Shown in pieces: positions 1 to 11,907 of a stretch of 64,000 bases of DNA. Position 1 is the first letter of the stretch. Every line of letters starts with the position of its first letter. The position numbers were made by a program, and so were the translations under genes. Location of the stretch: the NCBI GenBank assembly GCA_049840735.1, contig JASGJN010000021.1:32001-96000 (forward strand), in the 5' to 3' direction. This stretch comes from Anaeromyxobacter sp. Lineage in GTDB: Bacteria > Myxococcota > Myxococcia > Myxococcales > Anaeromyxobacteraceae. Below the pieces are notes generated by a model. It was not told the origin of the DNA, ran no database searches, and worked only from the letters and a program-made list of their open reading frames with translations.

Positions 1-206
1 GGGCACCTGATTCTGGAATCAAGAGGGAGGGTTCCCGAATATTGCGGTGCGGCAGGAGTCCTCGCAACGGAAAAGCCCGACCCAGGTGCACACCCGCAAG
101 GGAGCGATTTCAGGCTTCCCTTCGCACGGCAGGACGCCCGATCTTCGTCCCCTGCGAATCCTTGCAGTATCCGTCAGTGAACCAACCGCTTCAAAGGAGA
201 CGAAAC

Positions 207-722
207 ATGCTGCGCATCACGCTCGCCCTCGCTGCCGCCGCCCTGCTCGCCGCCCCGTTCCAGGCCAGCGCCGCCGACGCCGTCAAGGACACCGAGAACG
301 CGATCAAGGGCAAGGGCACGTACGGCACCGCCGGCTGTGGCCTGGGCTCCATGGCCTTCGGCAACTCGCCGGGCGCCGTCCAAATCCTGGCCGCCACCAC
401 CAACGGCACCTTCGGCACCCAGACCTTCGGCATCACCTCCGGCACCTCGAACTGCGGCCCGGCGCTCTGGGCCCAGGGCACCAAGAACTTCGTCGAGGGG
501 AACCGCGAGGCCGTGGCCAAGGACATCTCCCGCGGCCAGGGCGAGGCCATCGGCGCGCTCACCGTGATCAACAACTGCTCCGACTCCGCCGCGGTCGGCG
601 CCGCGCTGCAGAAGAACTTCTCCGCCATCTACCCGACGGCCCAGGCCAACGACGACCAGGTGACCCAGGCCATCCTGCAGACGCTGCACAGCGACGCGAG
701 CCTCGGCTGCGGCCGCGGCTAG
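207..722 (+). CDS. DUF3015 family secreted protein
   Basis: SD AAAGGAG before ATG 207; signal peptide; YGTAGCGLGS...TNGTFGTQTFGITSGTSNC motif typical of DUF3015. Confidence 0.85.
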   Translation: MLRITLALAAAALLAAPFQASAADAVKDTENAIKGKGTYGTAGCGLGSMAFGNSPGAVQILAATTNGTFGTQTFGITSGTSNCGPALWAQGTKNFVEGNREAVAKDISRGQGEAIGALTVINNCSDSAAVGAALQKNFSAIYPTAQANDDQVTQAILQTLHSDASLGCGRG

Positions 723-725
723 CGC

Positions 726-2781
726 GTGCCTGACGCGCGCGGCGGCGCGGCTCACACCGCGCTGATCCTCGCCTCGCTGCTGGCCGGCGCACCGGCGCCC
801 ACCCTCGCGCAGGGTGTGGCGCCGGTCGCGCCTCCGCCCGAGGCCACCGAGAACCTGCTGGCCCCGCCCAAGACCCCGGCCCCGCCCTCGGCCGGAGCCG
901 AGGCGCGTCCGCCGGGTGGCGACCCCGCCTACCTGCCGGAGCTGGTGGCGCGCGCCCGCGAGGAGCGGCTGGCCGAGGACGTGGGCTGGCTGCGGCTCCT
1001 GCACTACCGCTCTCGGCTGGGAGGCGGCTGGGAGAGCGAGGTGGACGGCCCGGCCTTCTTCCGCGCCCCGGACGGGAAGAAGGATCCAGCGGCCGAGCTC
1101 GAGGCCACGCTGGCCGGCTTCTTCGACGCCACGCCGCACGCCGACGAGCTGGACGACGCCCAGTGCCGCTTCCCGGCGCGCCTGCGCTGGCTGGCCGATC
1201 ACCTCGACATCGACTTCGGCCGGCTGGCGCTGCGCCCCTGCCCCCGGCGCGACACCTTCCTCCAGCGCATCCACCCCATGGGCGTGACGCTGGTCTTCTC
1301 CTCCTACTACCTCAACAACCCCGCCTCGGCCTTCGGCCACACCCTGCTGCGCTTCGACAAGGCGCAGGAGGCGATCGGCGGGAAGCACTTCGAGCTGCTC
1401 GACCTGGGCGTGGACTACGCCGCCACGGTGGACACCCCCAACGCGCTGGCCTACGCGTTCAAGGGGCTGTTCGGCTTCTTCAAGGGCGAGTTCAAGGCCT
1501 ACGCCTACTACTACAAGGTCCGCGAGTACGGCGACTTCGAGTCGCGCGACCTGTGGGAGTACGACCTCGACCTCACGCCGGGTGAGCTGGCGCTGCTGGC
1601 CGACCACGTCTGGGAGCTGGGCGGAACGTACCTCTGGTACTGGTACCTGGACGAGAACTGCAGCTACCACGTGCTGGGCGCGCTGGAGGCGGCCGCCCCG
1701 CGGCTCCAGCTGCTGCGCCACGTGGGCCGCTACGTGGTCCTGCCGTCCGACACCGTCCACGCGCTCTTCGCCAACCCGGGGCTGGTGCGCCGGACGCACT
1801 ACCGCCCTTCGCTCCGCACCCAGTTCGCGGCCCGGGTGGCGCCGCTCGACGGCGAGGCCCAGGCGCTGGTGGAGCGGCTGGCGGGCGAGCCGTCCGCGCC
1901 GCTGCCGGAGGCGCTGCCCCCGGAGCGGCAGGTGGCGGTGCTGGACGCCTCGGCCGACCTGCTCGACCTGCGCCACGCCCGCGAGCTCCTGCTGGGGAAG
2001 GACCCTGTGGCCGCAGCGCAGCGGCAAGAGCTGCTGCAGCGCCGCGCCGCGCTGGCGCTGCCCAGCGCGCCGCTGGACGTCCCGATCCCCGACGATCAGC
2101 GCCCGGAGCGCGGGCACGGCTCCATGCGGCTGGGCGCCGGCGCGGCCGCGGTGGAGGGCGAGGGGGCCGCGGCGGTGCTCGACCTGCGGCTGGCGCTCCA
2201 CGATCTGGGGGACCCGCCGCTCGGCTTCCCTCCGCTCTCGCAGAATCGAGTTCCTCCCCACCCGCCTGCGCTGGCTCCCGCGCGAGCAGCGGGTGGAGCT
2301 GGACGACGCCTCGCTGGTGCGCATCCTCTCGCTCAACCCGGTGGGGCGGTTCGACCTGCGCCCGTCCTGGCGGGTGCGGATGGGCGCCACCACCGTGCGC
2401 GACGCGGGCTGTCACGACTGCCTGGCCTTCGTGGCCGAGGGGGGCGCCGGGTTCACCGCCGCCGATCTGGGCGGCGCGGTCGATCTGATGGGCGGCGGCG
2501 ACGTGGAGCTCCTGGCCTCCTCGCACCTCGACGGCGCCGGCGGCTCTGGCCTGCGGCCCGGGGTCGGGCCCTCGGCGCTGGGGCGGGTGCGCTTCGGCAC
2601 GGCGGCCGCGCTGCTGCTCGACGCGCGCTGGCGCTGGCTGCCCGACGCCGCCCCCGAGACCACCTACCTGCTCTCCGCTGCGCTGCGGCTCCACCTGGCC
2701 CGGAACTTCTCGCTGGGGCTCGAGGTGCGTGACACCCCGACTGAGCGCGACGGCACCATGTTGCTGCTGGGCTACTTCTGA
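726..2781 (+). CDS. DUF4105 (Lnb N-terminal-like) domain protein with probable C-terminal beta-barrel; one frameshift at ~2245
   Basis: QCRFPAR, NPASAFGHTLLR and YLDENCSY motifs; removing one A at 2244/2245 joins ORF 726..2732 to ORF 1582..2781, which ends in ...LLLGYF (terminal Phe). Confidence 0.8.
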
Positions 2782-3070
2782 CCCGGCCCCACCGGCGACG
2801 GCGCGCGCGCCTCGTCCGGGGAGGTGCGCATGTGCCGCTCCGTGAACAATCCCCTCCCAGGAGTGACTGGGTGGCCGGTCATCCTTCGGGTGGAAGCTCC
2901 ACGCCCCGGGCGAGGCGCAGCGCGTCAACGGTGGGAAAACACCTTCCTACCCATCAGCAGCGCCGAGCATTCTTGACTTCCCGGTCAGCGCAGAACACAA
3001 GGGAAGCGGATTTTCTGCCGCACCCCTGTCCGTTCACTCCGGGTACGTTCACGTCCCGAGGAGGCCGCCG

Positions 3071-6000
3071 ATGTCGCTTCGCCGCTCCGGTCCCCTGGCC
3101 CTGGGCATCGCTGCCCTGTTGGCGGCCGGCTGCACCGATACCGTCTCGCAGAGTCCGTCGCCTGACGAGATCGTGTTCGCCAACTTCGTCACCTCTCCCA
3201 CCGCGAGCATTCCGGTCCCGAATGACCTCGCGCTCCAGGCGGCCGGCGCCGCCGGCGAACCGACATCCCGCAGTACCTGCTCCTGCAGCAGTTCATCGCT
3301 GCCGGCGGCTTCCCCTCCGACCAGGAGGTGAGCATCACCGTCCCCTTCCGCACCATGACGCGGAACGACGACGGGACCTACACGGTGGGCGCGCCCCCGA
3401 CCATCGCCAATGACACCGTCACCGCGTCCACCTTCGCGGTGCTCAAGGTGGACGGCGGCACGGTCACGCAGGTGGCGGTCGAGCCGGTCGGCACCACCAA
3501 CGGGACGCTCACGGTGCGCAAGGCCGCCGACGCCGGCGGCGTCCGGCGCTGGGCCCCCGGCCGCTACGTGCTGGCGGTCCGCGGCGGCGCCAACGGCGTG
3601 AAGACCAGCACCGGGCTGCCCGTCTCGGCCGACCTGGCCATCTCGCTGGTGATCCCGAACAAGGACCTCTCGGTCGCCGAGAACCAGCCCCCCGGCGGCA
3701 TCCCGGCCGACCTGGTGGCCCGGCTGAACCAGGTCCGCAGCCTGCTCTGGAACCCCATCGACTGGAACAACGTGGGCGGCCAGTGGGTGCCGGCCGGCGC
3801 CGCCGGCATCACCCCGGCCTTCACCGCGGTGGACACCGCGTTCCCGCACACCGAGGTGGCGGCCATCGCCACCTTCGAGGTCGCCTCCGGCACCCGCGCC
3901 CTGTTCGACTCCAGCGCCGGGCAGATCCCGCTGCCCAGCGACTTCCTGCTGGACGGCGCGAACCCGGTCGAGAACGACCCGGGCCGGTTCCACGTCCGCA
4001 ACGTGCCCTCCTTCGGCGCGGCCGCCGCCGGGCTCACCACCCTGGACGGCTTCTCCACCACCGGCCTGATCCTGCAGCCGCTCAACGGCCCCGTGCAGGC
4101 CACCACCATCAACGCCAACAGCGTGCTCGTGTTCGAGCTGCCCAGCGGCGGCAACCCGCGGCGCATGGTCGACGTGGCGGCGGCCGTCCAGGCCAACGCC
4201 CCCGGCACCGCCGAGTACCTGACCCAGCCGCCGGCGCTGAACCAGACCGTCAACGGCACCGCCCTCACCACCGCGATCGGCCTGCAGCCCGGCGTGGCCG
4301 TCCCGGTCGCCCCGGGCGCGATCATCTACACGCCGCCGCTCAAGGAGCGCGCCCGCTACCTGGTCGTGATCACCGACCGCGTCCTGGACGCCACCAACGC
4401 CCCGCTCCGCCGCAACACGCTGAGCAGCATCCTCTGGGGCTTCCCGGCCGACGTCTCGCTGGTGGACGAGGGCGGCGTCTCGCTCGTCCCCGGCCTCTCC
4501 AACGGCGACGCCCAGGCCCTCCAGGCCATGCGCGTCGCGCTCAACCCGGTGCTGGACAACCTGGGCGCCATCTCCGGCGACGACACGCTGAGCCGCGACA
4601 ACGTGGTGATGGCCTACACCATCTCCACGCAGTCGGTGACCGGCACGTCCATCCGCCTCTCCGCCGCTCCCTACGATCCCAACGCCGACGGCAACCCGAC
4701 CGACAGCGTGGCCTTCACCTCGCCCTCCGCCGACGTCTTCAACATCTCCGAGGCCGGCTTCCCCGACGCCGCCATGCCGGCGCTCTTCCCGCACGTGAAG
4801 ACCTTCCTCAAGGGCACCACCATCTCGCTCGACGCCATCAACCCGGCGAACGGCGCCCTCAACCCGGACACCTCCGCCTGGACGCCGGTCCAGCTCCCGG
4901 TCCTGGTGGCGGTCCCGACGGTGCCCGACACCTGCACCACCGACGCGCCCTGCTTCCGGAACGTGGTGGTCTTCCACCACGGCATCTTCGGCAGCCGGCT
5001 GCAGATGCTCGGCACCGCCGAGGCGCTGGCCGCCCGCGGCTTCGTGGTGGTGGCGACCGACGCGCCCTACCACGGCGCCCGCGCCTTCTGCGCCCAGGAC
5101 TCCGACTGCTCCGCCGACGGCACCGCCACCGGCGCCAACGGCGTCTGCACCTCCGACCCGAACAAGGCCGGCCAGGGCGACGCGGTGCCGCCCGGCACCT
5201 GCACCGCCGGGAGCACGCTCCGCCCGAGCAGCAACCTCTCCACCGTGGCCTCGGGCAACTACTTCATCTCGGCCAACTTCTTCCGCATCCGCGACGCCAT
5301 CCGGCAGGACCTGTTCGACCAGGCCGCGCTGGTGCTCTCGCTCTCGCGCCCGCCGGCGCCGTTCCCGCAGCCGGCCGGCAACGCGCTGGTCACCGCGCTC
5401 CGCGGGCAGGGCATCGTCATCAACCCGACCCAGGTCGCGTACGAGGGCATGTCGCTCGGCGCCATCATCGGCACCAGCGTCCTGGCCACCAACCCGCGCT
5501 TCGCCCGCGGCGTCCTCGACGTCCCCGGCGGCACGCTCACCGACATCTTCATGAACGCCCCGGCGTTCAGCGACGAGGTCAACCAGCTGCTCCTCTCGCT
5601 GGGCGTGGACCGGAGCCAGATCGCCACCAACCCGGCCATGGCCGCCCGCTACCTCCAGATCAACATCCTCGCCAAGTGGATCCTGGACCCGGCCGACCCC
5701 CTCAACTACGCCCCGTACGCCGGCGGCGGCCTGGTGAGCCCGCTCACCGCGGCGCTGGGGCCCGCCGCCCATGCCGAGCGCGACCTGTTCGGCCAGCTGG
5801 TCAAGTGCGACCCGGTGGTGCCGAACGCCACCACGGTCGTGAACGGCGTGCCGCTGCCCTACGGCGACGAGCTGCTGGCCCTGGCCGGCATCCGCGCCGA
5901 CGGGACCACGCTCTACTCGGCCGAGGACTCGGACACCAACCCCAACGGCTGCGTCTCCCACGGCGTGCTGCTCGACACGTTCGGAGGCCTGGCCGATCCG

Positions 6001-6099
6001 CCCGTGCCGGTCATCGGTGCGCAGGTCCGCGACGACGCCGCCCAGTTCCTCTTCGACCTGACCTACCCGCCGTCCGACGTCACGCTGTCGGCGCCGTGA
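3071..6099 (+). CDS. Large lipoprotein lipase/phospholipase (VolA/Pla-1-like alpha/beta hydrolase with Ig-like N-terminal domains); frameshift at ~3250-3270
   Basis: Lipobox LLAAGC; FHHGIFG, ATDAPYHGAR and nucleophile elbow GMSLG; ORFs 3071..3331 and 3328..6099 join via ...QYLLLQQFIAAGGFPSDQE. Confidence 0.75.
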
Positions 6100-6119
6100 G
6101 ACCACGAGAGGTGCACACC

Positions 6120-7373
6120 ATGAACAAGCTCTCGCTCAGCGCACTCGCCCTCGTGCTCCCCGCGCTCGCCAGCGCCAGCGGGTACGAGGTGATCGCCATC
6201 CACCCGCGCGACCTCGCGCTCACGTCCTCCGCCGTCGCGGCGCAGGACGGGGCCGCGGCCGCGTTCTTCAACCCGGCCGCGCTCTCCAAGGTGGACGGCT
6301 TCTCCGTGTCCGCCGGCCTCTCGATGCTGTCCATCACCACCGACTGGGACGCGCCGTCCGGCAGCGACGTGACCGGCAGCCAGACCTCCGAGTTCGAGCC
6401 GGTCACCCCCATCGCCCTCTACCTGGGCTGGGGCACCAAGGTGAACGGGCGCGGCCTCGGCTTCGGCTTCGGCGTGGGCAACCCCGCCGGCGGCAACGTC
6501 TTCTACGACGCCCAGTGGGAGGGGCGCGGCCGCATCATCGAGGTGCAGCGGCGCATCTTCGGCCTGTACGGCTCCACCGGCTACGAGCTCGTCCCCGAGC
6601 GGCTCCGGGTGGGCGGCAGCGTCATCTACTACAAGGTGTTCGAGTACCTGAAGCAGGGCATCCAGCCCTACCCCGAGGCGCACGCCGAGCTGGACACGAG
6701 CGGCGGCGGCTGGGCGTTCGGGCTCTCGGCCGAGGGCAAGCCCTTCGCCGACCTGCCCATCACGCTGGCGGTGGACTACAAGCACAGCGCCGACATCCAC
6801 GCGACCGGCGACGGCAACTTCAACGTGCCGCCGGCGCTGGAGGGGCCGTCCACCATGGATCAGGGCGTGACCCACGACTTCACGTTCCCGAACCTGCTGG
6901 CGGCCGGCGTGGCCTGGCGCGTCTCGCAGCCGGTGCAGCTCACGCTGCAGTACTCCTACTCGAACTGGAGCGTCTACCAGGACGACACGTTCGAGGGCGA
7001 CCAGGGGCTGTCCATCACCGTCCCGCGCAAGTACGACGACGGCCACATCATCCGCGGCGGCGTGGAGTGGTTCGCCTCCAAGGCCTGGACGCTCCGCGCC
7101 GGCTTCATGCGCGACTGGTCCGGCCTCAACACCGACGCGTACTCCCCCACGCTGCCCGACTCCAGCATCTGGGCCGGCGCGGTGGGGGCGGGCTGGAACC
7201 TCAGCCCGAACCTCCAGCTCAACGCGGCGTTCTTCTACGGCATCCGCGACCAGGTGAAGAGCACCAACTGGCGGAGCGCCGAGAACCCCGAGGGCACGTT
7301 CCCGGGCGTCTACAACACCGACGTCTGGATCACCTCGCTGGGCGTGACCTGGAACCTGCCCAGCGGCAAGTGA
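6120..7373 (+). CDS. OmpP1/FadL family outer-membrane fatty acid transporter
   Basis: SD GAGAGG; signal peptide; AAAFFNPAAL hatch motif, YSPTLPDS motif, beta-barrel pattern. Confidence 0.85.
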   Translation: MNKLSLSALALVLPALASASGYEVIAIHPRDLALTSSAVAAQDGAAAAFFNPAALSKVDGFSVSAGLSMLSITTDWDAPSGSDVTGSQTSEFEPVTPIALYLGWGTKVNGRGLGFGFGVGNPAGGNVFYDAQWEGRGRIIEVQRRIFGLYGSTGYELVPERLRVGGSVIYYKVFEYLKQGIQPYPEAHAELDTSGGGWAFGLSAEGKPFADLPITLAVDYKHSADIHATGDGNFNVPPALEGPSTMDQGVTHDFTFPNLLAAGVAWRVSQPVQLTLQYSYSNWSVYQDDTFEGDQGLSITVPRKYDDGHIIRGGVEWFASKAWTLRAGFMRDWSGLNTDAYSPTLPDSSIWAGAVGAGWNLSPNLQLNAAFFYGIRDQVKSTNWRSAENPEGTFPGVYNTDVWITSLGVTWNLPSGK

Positions 7374-7403
7374 ACGGCTGACCGCCTCGCAGGCGCTCTC
7401 TCC

Positions 7404-7455
7404 CTGGAGCATCGAGGCCCCCTCGCCGTCCGCGGCGAGGGGGTCGCTGCTCCAG
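7404..7455. terminator. Long GC-rich hairpin between convergent genes
   Basis: CTGGAGCA...CCCCCTCGCCG-TCCG-CGGCGAGGGGG...TGCTCCAG; no U-tract. Confidence 0.5.
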
Positions 7456-7464
7456 CGGGCCGAA

Positions 7465-7492
7465 CGGAGTCGAACCCTGGCCTTCGACTCCG
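7465..7492. repeat. REP-like palindrome (partial copy of the window-wide family)
   Basis: CGGAGTCGAA-CCCTGGCC-TTCGACTCCG. Confidence 0.65.
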
Positions 7493-7519
7493 CCGCCGCT
7501 GGCGCAGCGGCGCCGCGGG

Positions 7520-8546
7520 TCAGGCGGGCTCTTCGTTGTAGCGACGCGCCGCCCGCTCGCCCAGCGCGGTCAGGATGGAGCGGGCCAGCCCGCGGCGGAA
7601 GAGCTCCGCCGGCAAGGCCATGCCCCCGCGCGCCTCGGCGCCCGCGTCGGCGCCCGCGTCCGGCAGCGCCCGGTTGATCCAGCCCAGCGTCGCGACCACC
7701 ATCCCCGGGAAGAGCGCGTGCGCCAGCCGGAGCAGCTTCGCCGGCGCGCCGATCACCACGAACCGCTCCCGCCGCTCGATGGCGCGGAGGATGCGCCGGG
7801 CCGCGTGCTCCGCGCTGATCGTGAGGAGCGGGAGGGAGGCCATGAGCGAGAAGAGGCTCGCCTCCGCGTAGCGCTTCCCCTTCACCAGCGCGTGGCCGAA
7901 GGAGCCCGTCCGCATCAGCCCCGGGACCACCGTGATCACCGAGATGCCGTCCTTCGCCGCCTCCGCCCCCATCGCCTCCGACCAGCCCCGCAGCGCGAAC
8001 TTGGCCGCGCCGTAGGGGGCCAGGTGCGGGATCCCCACCGCGGCGCCGATCGAGGTGATGTTGACGATGGTGCCGCGCCGCCGCCCGCGCATCGCCGGCA
8101 GCACCGCCTCCGCCCCGTGGACCGCGCCCCAGAACATCGTGTCCATGGCGCGGTGGTAGTCCTCCAGCGACATCGCCTCCGCCGGGCCCACCTGGATGAT
8201 GCCCGCGTTGTTCACCAGCAGGTCCACCGGCCCCAGGTTCTCCTCCACGTCCGCCACCAGCGTCCGCATCCCCTCCTCGTCGGTGACGTCGCAGGGGAGC
8301 GAGGTCGCGTCGAATCCCCTCCGATGCCAGCGCCTCGCGCGCACGCTCCAGCTCCTGCTCGTCCCGGGCGCAGAGCACCACCCGGGCGCCCCGCCGGCCC
8401 AGCTCGCGCGCCACCACCAGCCCCAGCCCGCGCGAGCCCCCCGTGACCAGCGCCACGCCCGTCACCGGGCGGCGCCTGGAGAGCCGGCGGGCGAGCAGGA
8501 CGCCGCCAGCGGCGGCGAGGAGCAGGAAGGCGAGCGATTGGCGCAT
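7520..8546 (-). CDS. SDR family oxidoreductase with N-terminal membrane anchor; frameshift at ~8313
   Basis: VTGGSRGLG, NNAG and YGAAK (YxxxK) motifs split across two frames. Confidence 0.85.
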
Positions 8547-8598
8547 GTGAGCCTCCCCGGCAAGATGCACACCCGGGGGACCGCGCGCCGTGCCCGGC

Positions 8599-9646
8599 TC
8601 AGGCGGGGACCGCGTCCGTGCGGGTCACGCCCGGCAACGAGAGCACCAGGTCCGCGCCGTAGGCCGCGGCCGGCGTCTGCCAGCCCGGGCGCACCTGCCC
8701 GCCCAGGACGCGCGCCGCGATCTCCCGCGACCGCCAGCGCCGTGAGGGTGTAGCCGTCCGGCCCCAGCAGCCGGGCCTCCACCCGGCGCCCATCCCCGGC
8801 CACCGCCTCGCCCGCAATCCGCGACCGGCTGGCCGCCCGCGTGGCCGCGTCCGGCCCGCCCGTGCCGCCCGCCAGCGCCCGCGCCGCCGCCTCCTGCACC
8901 GCCGGGTGACGGAAGGTGAAGGCCGCCCCCATGGCCAGCCCCGCCAGCAGCTGCCGGTGGAGCGGCTGGGCGGTGTAGACCGTCACGTCCTGCACGCCCG
9001 TGGTGTGGCGGGCCGTGTAGACGTCGCCCCAGGGGATGGAGAGCGCGCGCACCGGGCCGTCGCCGAAGTCGATGCGGCGGGTGGCCGGGCCGCTCCCCTT
9101 CGGCACCTGCAGGCCGGAGATGGGCGTGGTCATGGTGCGCGCCGTGCCGATGGAGAGGTGGCCCAGCCCCTGGAACGCCAGCACCAGCCGGACCGCGTCG
9201 GGGAGCTTCTGCGCCAGGTGCGCCGCCAGGCAGTCCGTCGGGACCACGTCGAAGCCCGCGCCCGGCAGGAGCATCACGCCGGCGCGCTCGGCGTGGGCGC
9301 CCATCTTCGAGACCCCCTGGAAGACCGGGATCTCGCCGGTGATGTCCAGGTAGTGCACCCGCGTGTCCAGGCAGGCCTCCGCCATCGGCTGCCAGGTGGT
9401 GTGGAACGGCCCGGCGCAGTGGACCACCGCGCTCACGTCCTCGATGGCCCGCCGGAGCGCCACCGCGTCCAGCAGCGGGAAGGCGCGCCAGGGGCAGCCC
9501 AGCTCCGCCGCCAGCCGCGCCAGCCGCTCCGAGTCGCGGCCGCCCAGGATGACCGGGAGGCCGCGCCGGATGGCCTCGCGGGCGATGAGGGTGCCGGTGT
9601 AGCCGTAGGCGCCGTAGACCAGGAGTGGACGTGGGGTCGGGTCCAT
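8599..9646 (-). CDS. Saccharopine dehydrogenase-like NAD(P)-binding oxidoreductase; frameshift at ~8725
   Basis: YGAYGYTG, HCAGPF, YLDITGE, GFDVVPTD; C-terminus GWQTPAAAYGADLVL lies in another frame. Confidence 0.85.
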
Positions 9647-9781
9647 GTGGCGGGAAAGCTAGCAGATCGGCGACGCGGTGGGCCGGAGGAGCGCGGGCCG
9701 TGTCCCGCGGGCCACGACGGCGCGTCCGCCCGCGGAACCAGGGCGCTTTCTGCTGGCATCGGGCTGGCAAAGGCGGGGAAC

Positions 9782-11104
9782 ATGCCTGCCATGACCCTGC
9801 TCCCGGCGCTGCTCCTGGTCGTCACCGCAGCTTCACCCGAGGCGCCTCTCCGGCTCGAAGCCCTGGCTTCGACGTCCGGCGCCGGGGTGGAGCGGATCCT
9901 CGACGGCGATCCGACGACCACATGGTCGCCGGAGGGCGATCCCAGGGACGAGGGGATCCTGCTCCGGTTCGGGGAGACGGTGAAGGCCGACGGGGTGGAG
10001 GTGGTCACCTGCGCCGGCGCCTCGAGGTTCACGGCCTTCGCCGACGGCTTCGAGCTCGGCCTCTACGAGTACCAGGAGAAGAAGGGCGCGCACGCCGCGA
10101 TCTGGGCCGAGATGGGCCCGGACGAGTTCGACGAGCTCCGCTCGCTCTTCCTGCGCGTGGACTCCGGCACCGGCTGCATCGCCGAGCTCAGCTTCCTGAA
10201 GGACGGCAAGCCCCTGCCGGTGTCGCCGCCGCGCCAGGTCGCGGGCCGGCTCACCGCCACCTCGACCCTCCCGCCCGCCCCCGCCTACCATGCCAGCTAC
10301 CTCTTCGACGGCCGGCTCGACTTCGGCTGGGTCGAGGGAGCCGCCGGCAGCGGGGCCGGTGAGGGCGTGACCATCGAGCTGGAGAAGCCGGTGACGCTCA
10401 CCGGCCTCGAGGTCTGGAACGGCTACCAGCGCTCCGAGGCCCACTTCACGCGCAACGCCCGCGCGCGCGGCGTCACGGTGAGCCTCGATGGCCGCCCGCC
10501 CATCCCGCTCGAGCTCCGCGACGAGCAGGGGAGCCGAATCCACCTCCTCCCCGCCGGTCCGCCGGCCAAGCGGATCACCCTGCGGGTGACGTCCGCCTAC
10601 CCTGGCCTCAAGTACCCGGACCTCGTGCTCTCGGAGCTCCGGCTCTGGGACGCCGAGGGGGCGCTGCGCGTCGCCACCTCCGACCGCGAGGCCATGAAGC
10701 GGGCGCTGCTCGAGCAGGCGAAGCCCACGATCCTGGCCGCGTTCATGGACCGCAAGCTCCAGGCCTGGGAGACCCCCAAGCTCCCCGCCCAGAGCCTCAA
10801 GCTCCGCTCCGACCACACCTTCGTCGCCTACCAGTCCTGCTCTTCCCGCGCCCGCTGCCTCCGCGAGGCGATGGACGGCACCTGGGTGCTCTCCGGCTCG
10901 GACGCGGGCAGCGCCGAGATCGAGCTCTTCGCCCGCGCCCACCGCACCGACGAGAACACCGACCCCTACGCGCCCGGCGGGGCCTACCAGCGCGAGTCCA
11001 CCCGCATCGCCGGCGGCAAGCTGCGCATCACCGTGCCCGCTCCCGGCTCGGTCAAGGTCAGCGGCAAGCTCCTCGACCGCGAGCTGAAGGTCGCCGACAG
11101 GTGA
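9782..11104 (+). CDS. Secreted protein with discoidin-like / NADase-type glycan-binding domains
   Basis: Signal peptide; LDGDPTTTW, LFDGRLDFGWVEG and VWNGYQRS motifs; start may be 9791. Confidence 0.65.
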   Translation: MPAMTLLPALLLVVTAASPEAPLRLEALASTSGAGVERILDGDPTTTWSPEGDPRDEGILLRFGETVKADGVEVVTCAGASRFTAFADGFELGLYEYQEKKGAHAAIWAEMGPDEFDELRSLFLRVDSGTGCIAELSFLKDGKPLPVSPPRQVAGRLTATSTLPPAPAYHASYLFDGRLDFGWVEGAAGSGAGEGVTIELEKPVTLTGLEVWNGYQRSEAHFTRNARARGVTVSLDGRPPIPLELRDEQGSRIHLLPAGPPAKRITLRVTSAYPGLKYPDLVLSELRLWDAEGALRVATSDREAMKRALLEQAKPTILAAFMDRKLQAWETPKLPAQSLKLRSDHTFVAYQSCSSRARCLREAMDGTWVLSGSDAGSAEIELFARAHRTDENTDPYAPGGAYQRESTRIAGGKLRITVPAPGSVKVSGKLLDRELKVADR

Positions 11105-11907
11105 CCGCCTCGGTCCGCCACGCCGCCCGCGCGCTCCTCCCGCTCGGCCTGCGGGTGGCCCTGCGGCGCGCGCCGGCCCTGCTGCGCAGCGCGTTCCAGC
11201 CGGCCCTCCCGCTGCTGCCGCCGGGCGGCCGAGCCACCTTCGGACACGTCCAGGCCCAGCGCGCCACCCCGCTGCGCCGCGCCGGCACGATGTACGGCGA
11301 GGCGCTCCAGCGCGGCAAGGAGCAGAACGTGGCCCGCGCCGCGGCGCTGCTCGACGGGCTGGTGATCGGGCCTTTCGAGACCTTCTCCTGGCACCGGACC
11401 GTGGGCGCGCCGCTCCGGCTGCGCGGCTTTGCCCCTGGCCCGGAGGTGCGCGGCGGGGAGGTGGTGGCCGGGGTCGGCGGCGGCGCCTGCCAGGTGGCCA
11501 ACCTGGTCTGCTGGCTCGGGCTCCACGCCGGGCTGGAGCTGGTCGAGCGGCACGGCCACGACGTCGACCTCTTCCCCGACCACGAGCGGACCGCGCCCTT
11601 CGGCTCCGGCGCCACCGTGTTCTTCCCCACCCGCGACCTGCGCCTGCTGAACCCCGGACCCTCCCCGCTGCTGCTCACGCTGGAGGTCCGCGACGGCTGG
11701 CTGCACGGCGCGGCGCGGCTCACCCGCGACCCCGGGCTGCGCTGGGAGCTGCAGGAGCGCGAGCACCACTTCGTGCGCGAGCCGGACGGCGTCTATCGCC
11801 AGAACCGGCTCTGGATCCGGACGCTGCGCGGGGACGAGCTGGTCGCGGAGGCCGAGGTGGCCGCCAACCGGGCGCGGGTCCTCTACGCGGTGCCCGGGCT
11901 GGGCTGA
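11101..11907 (+). CDS. VanW family protein
   Basis: IGPFETFSW...VGGGACQVAN...ELVERHGH...FGSGATVF motifs; GTGA overlap with upstream gene. Confidence 0.85.
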   Translation: MTASVRHAARALLPLGLRVALRRAPALLRSAFQPALPLLPPGGRATFGHVQAQRATPLRRAGTMYGEALQRGKEQNVARAAALLDGLVIGPFETFSWHRTVGAPLRLRGFAPGPEVRGGEVVAGVGGGACQVANLVCWLGLHAGLELVERHGHDVDLFPDHERTAPFGSGATVFFPTRDLRLLNPGPSPLLLTLEVRDGWLHGAARLTRDPGLRWELQEREHHFVREPDGVYRQNRLWIRTLRGDELVAEAEVAANRARVLYAVPGLG

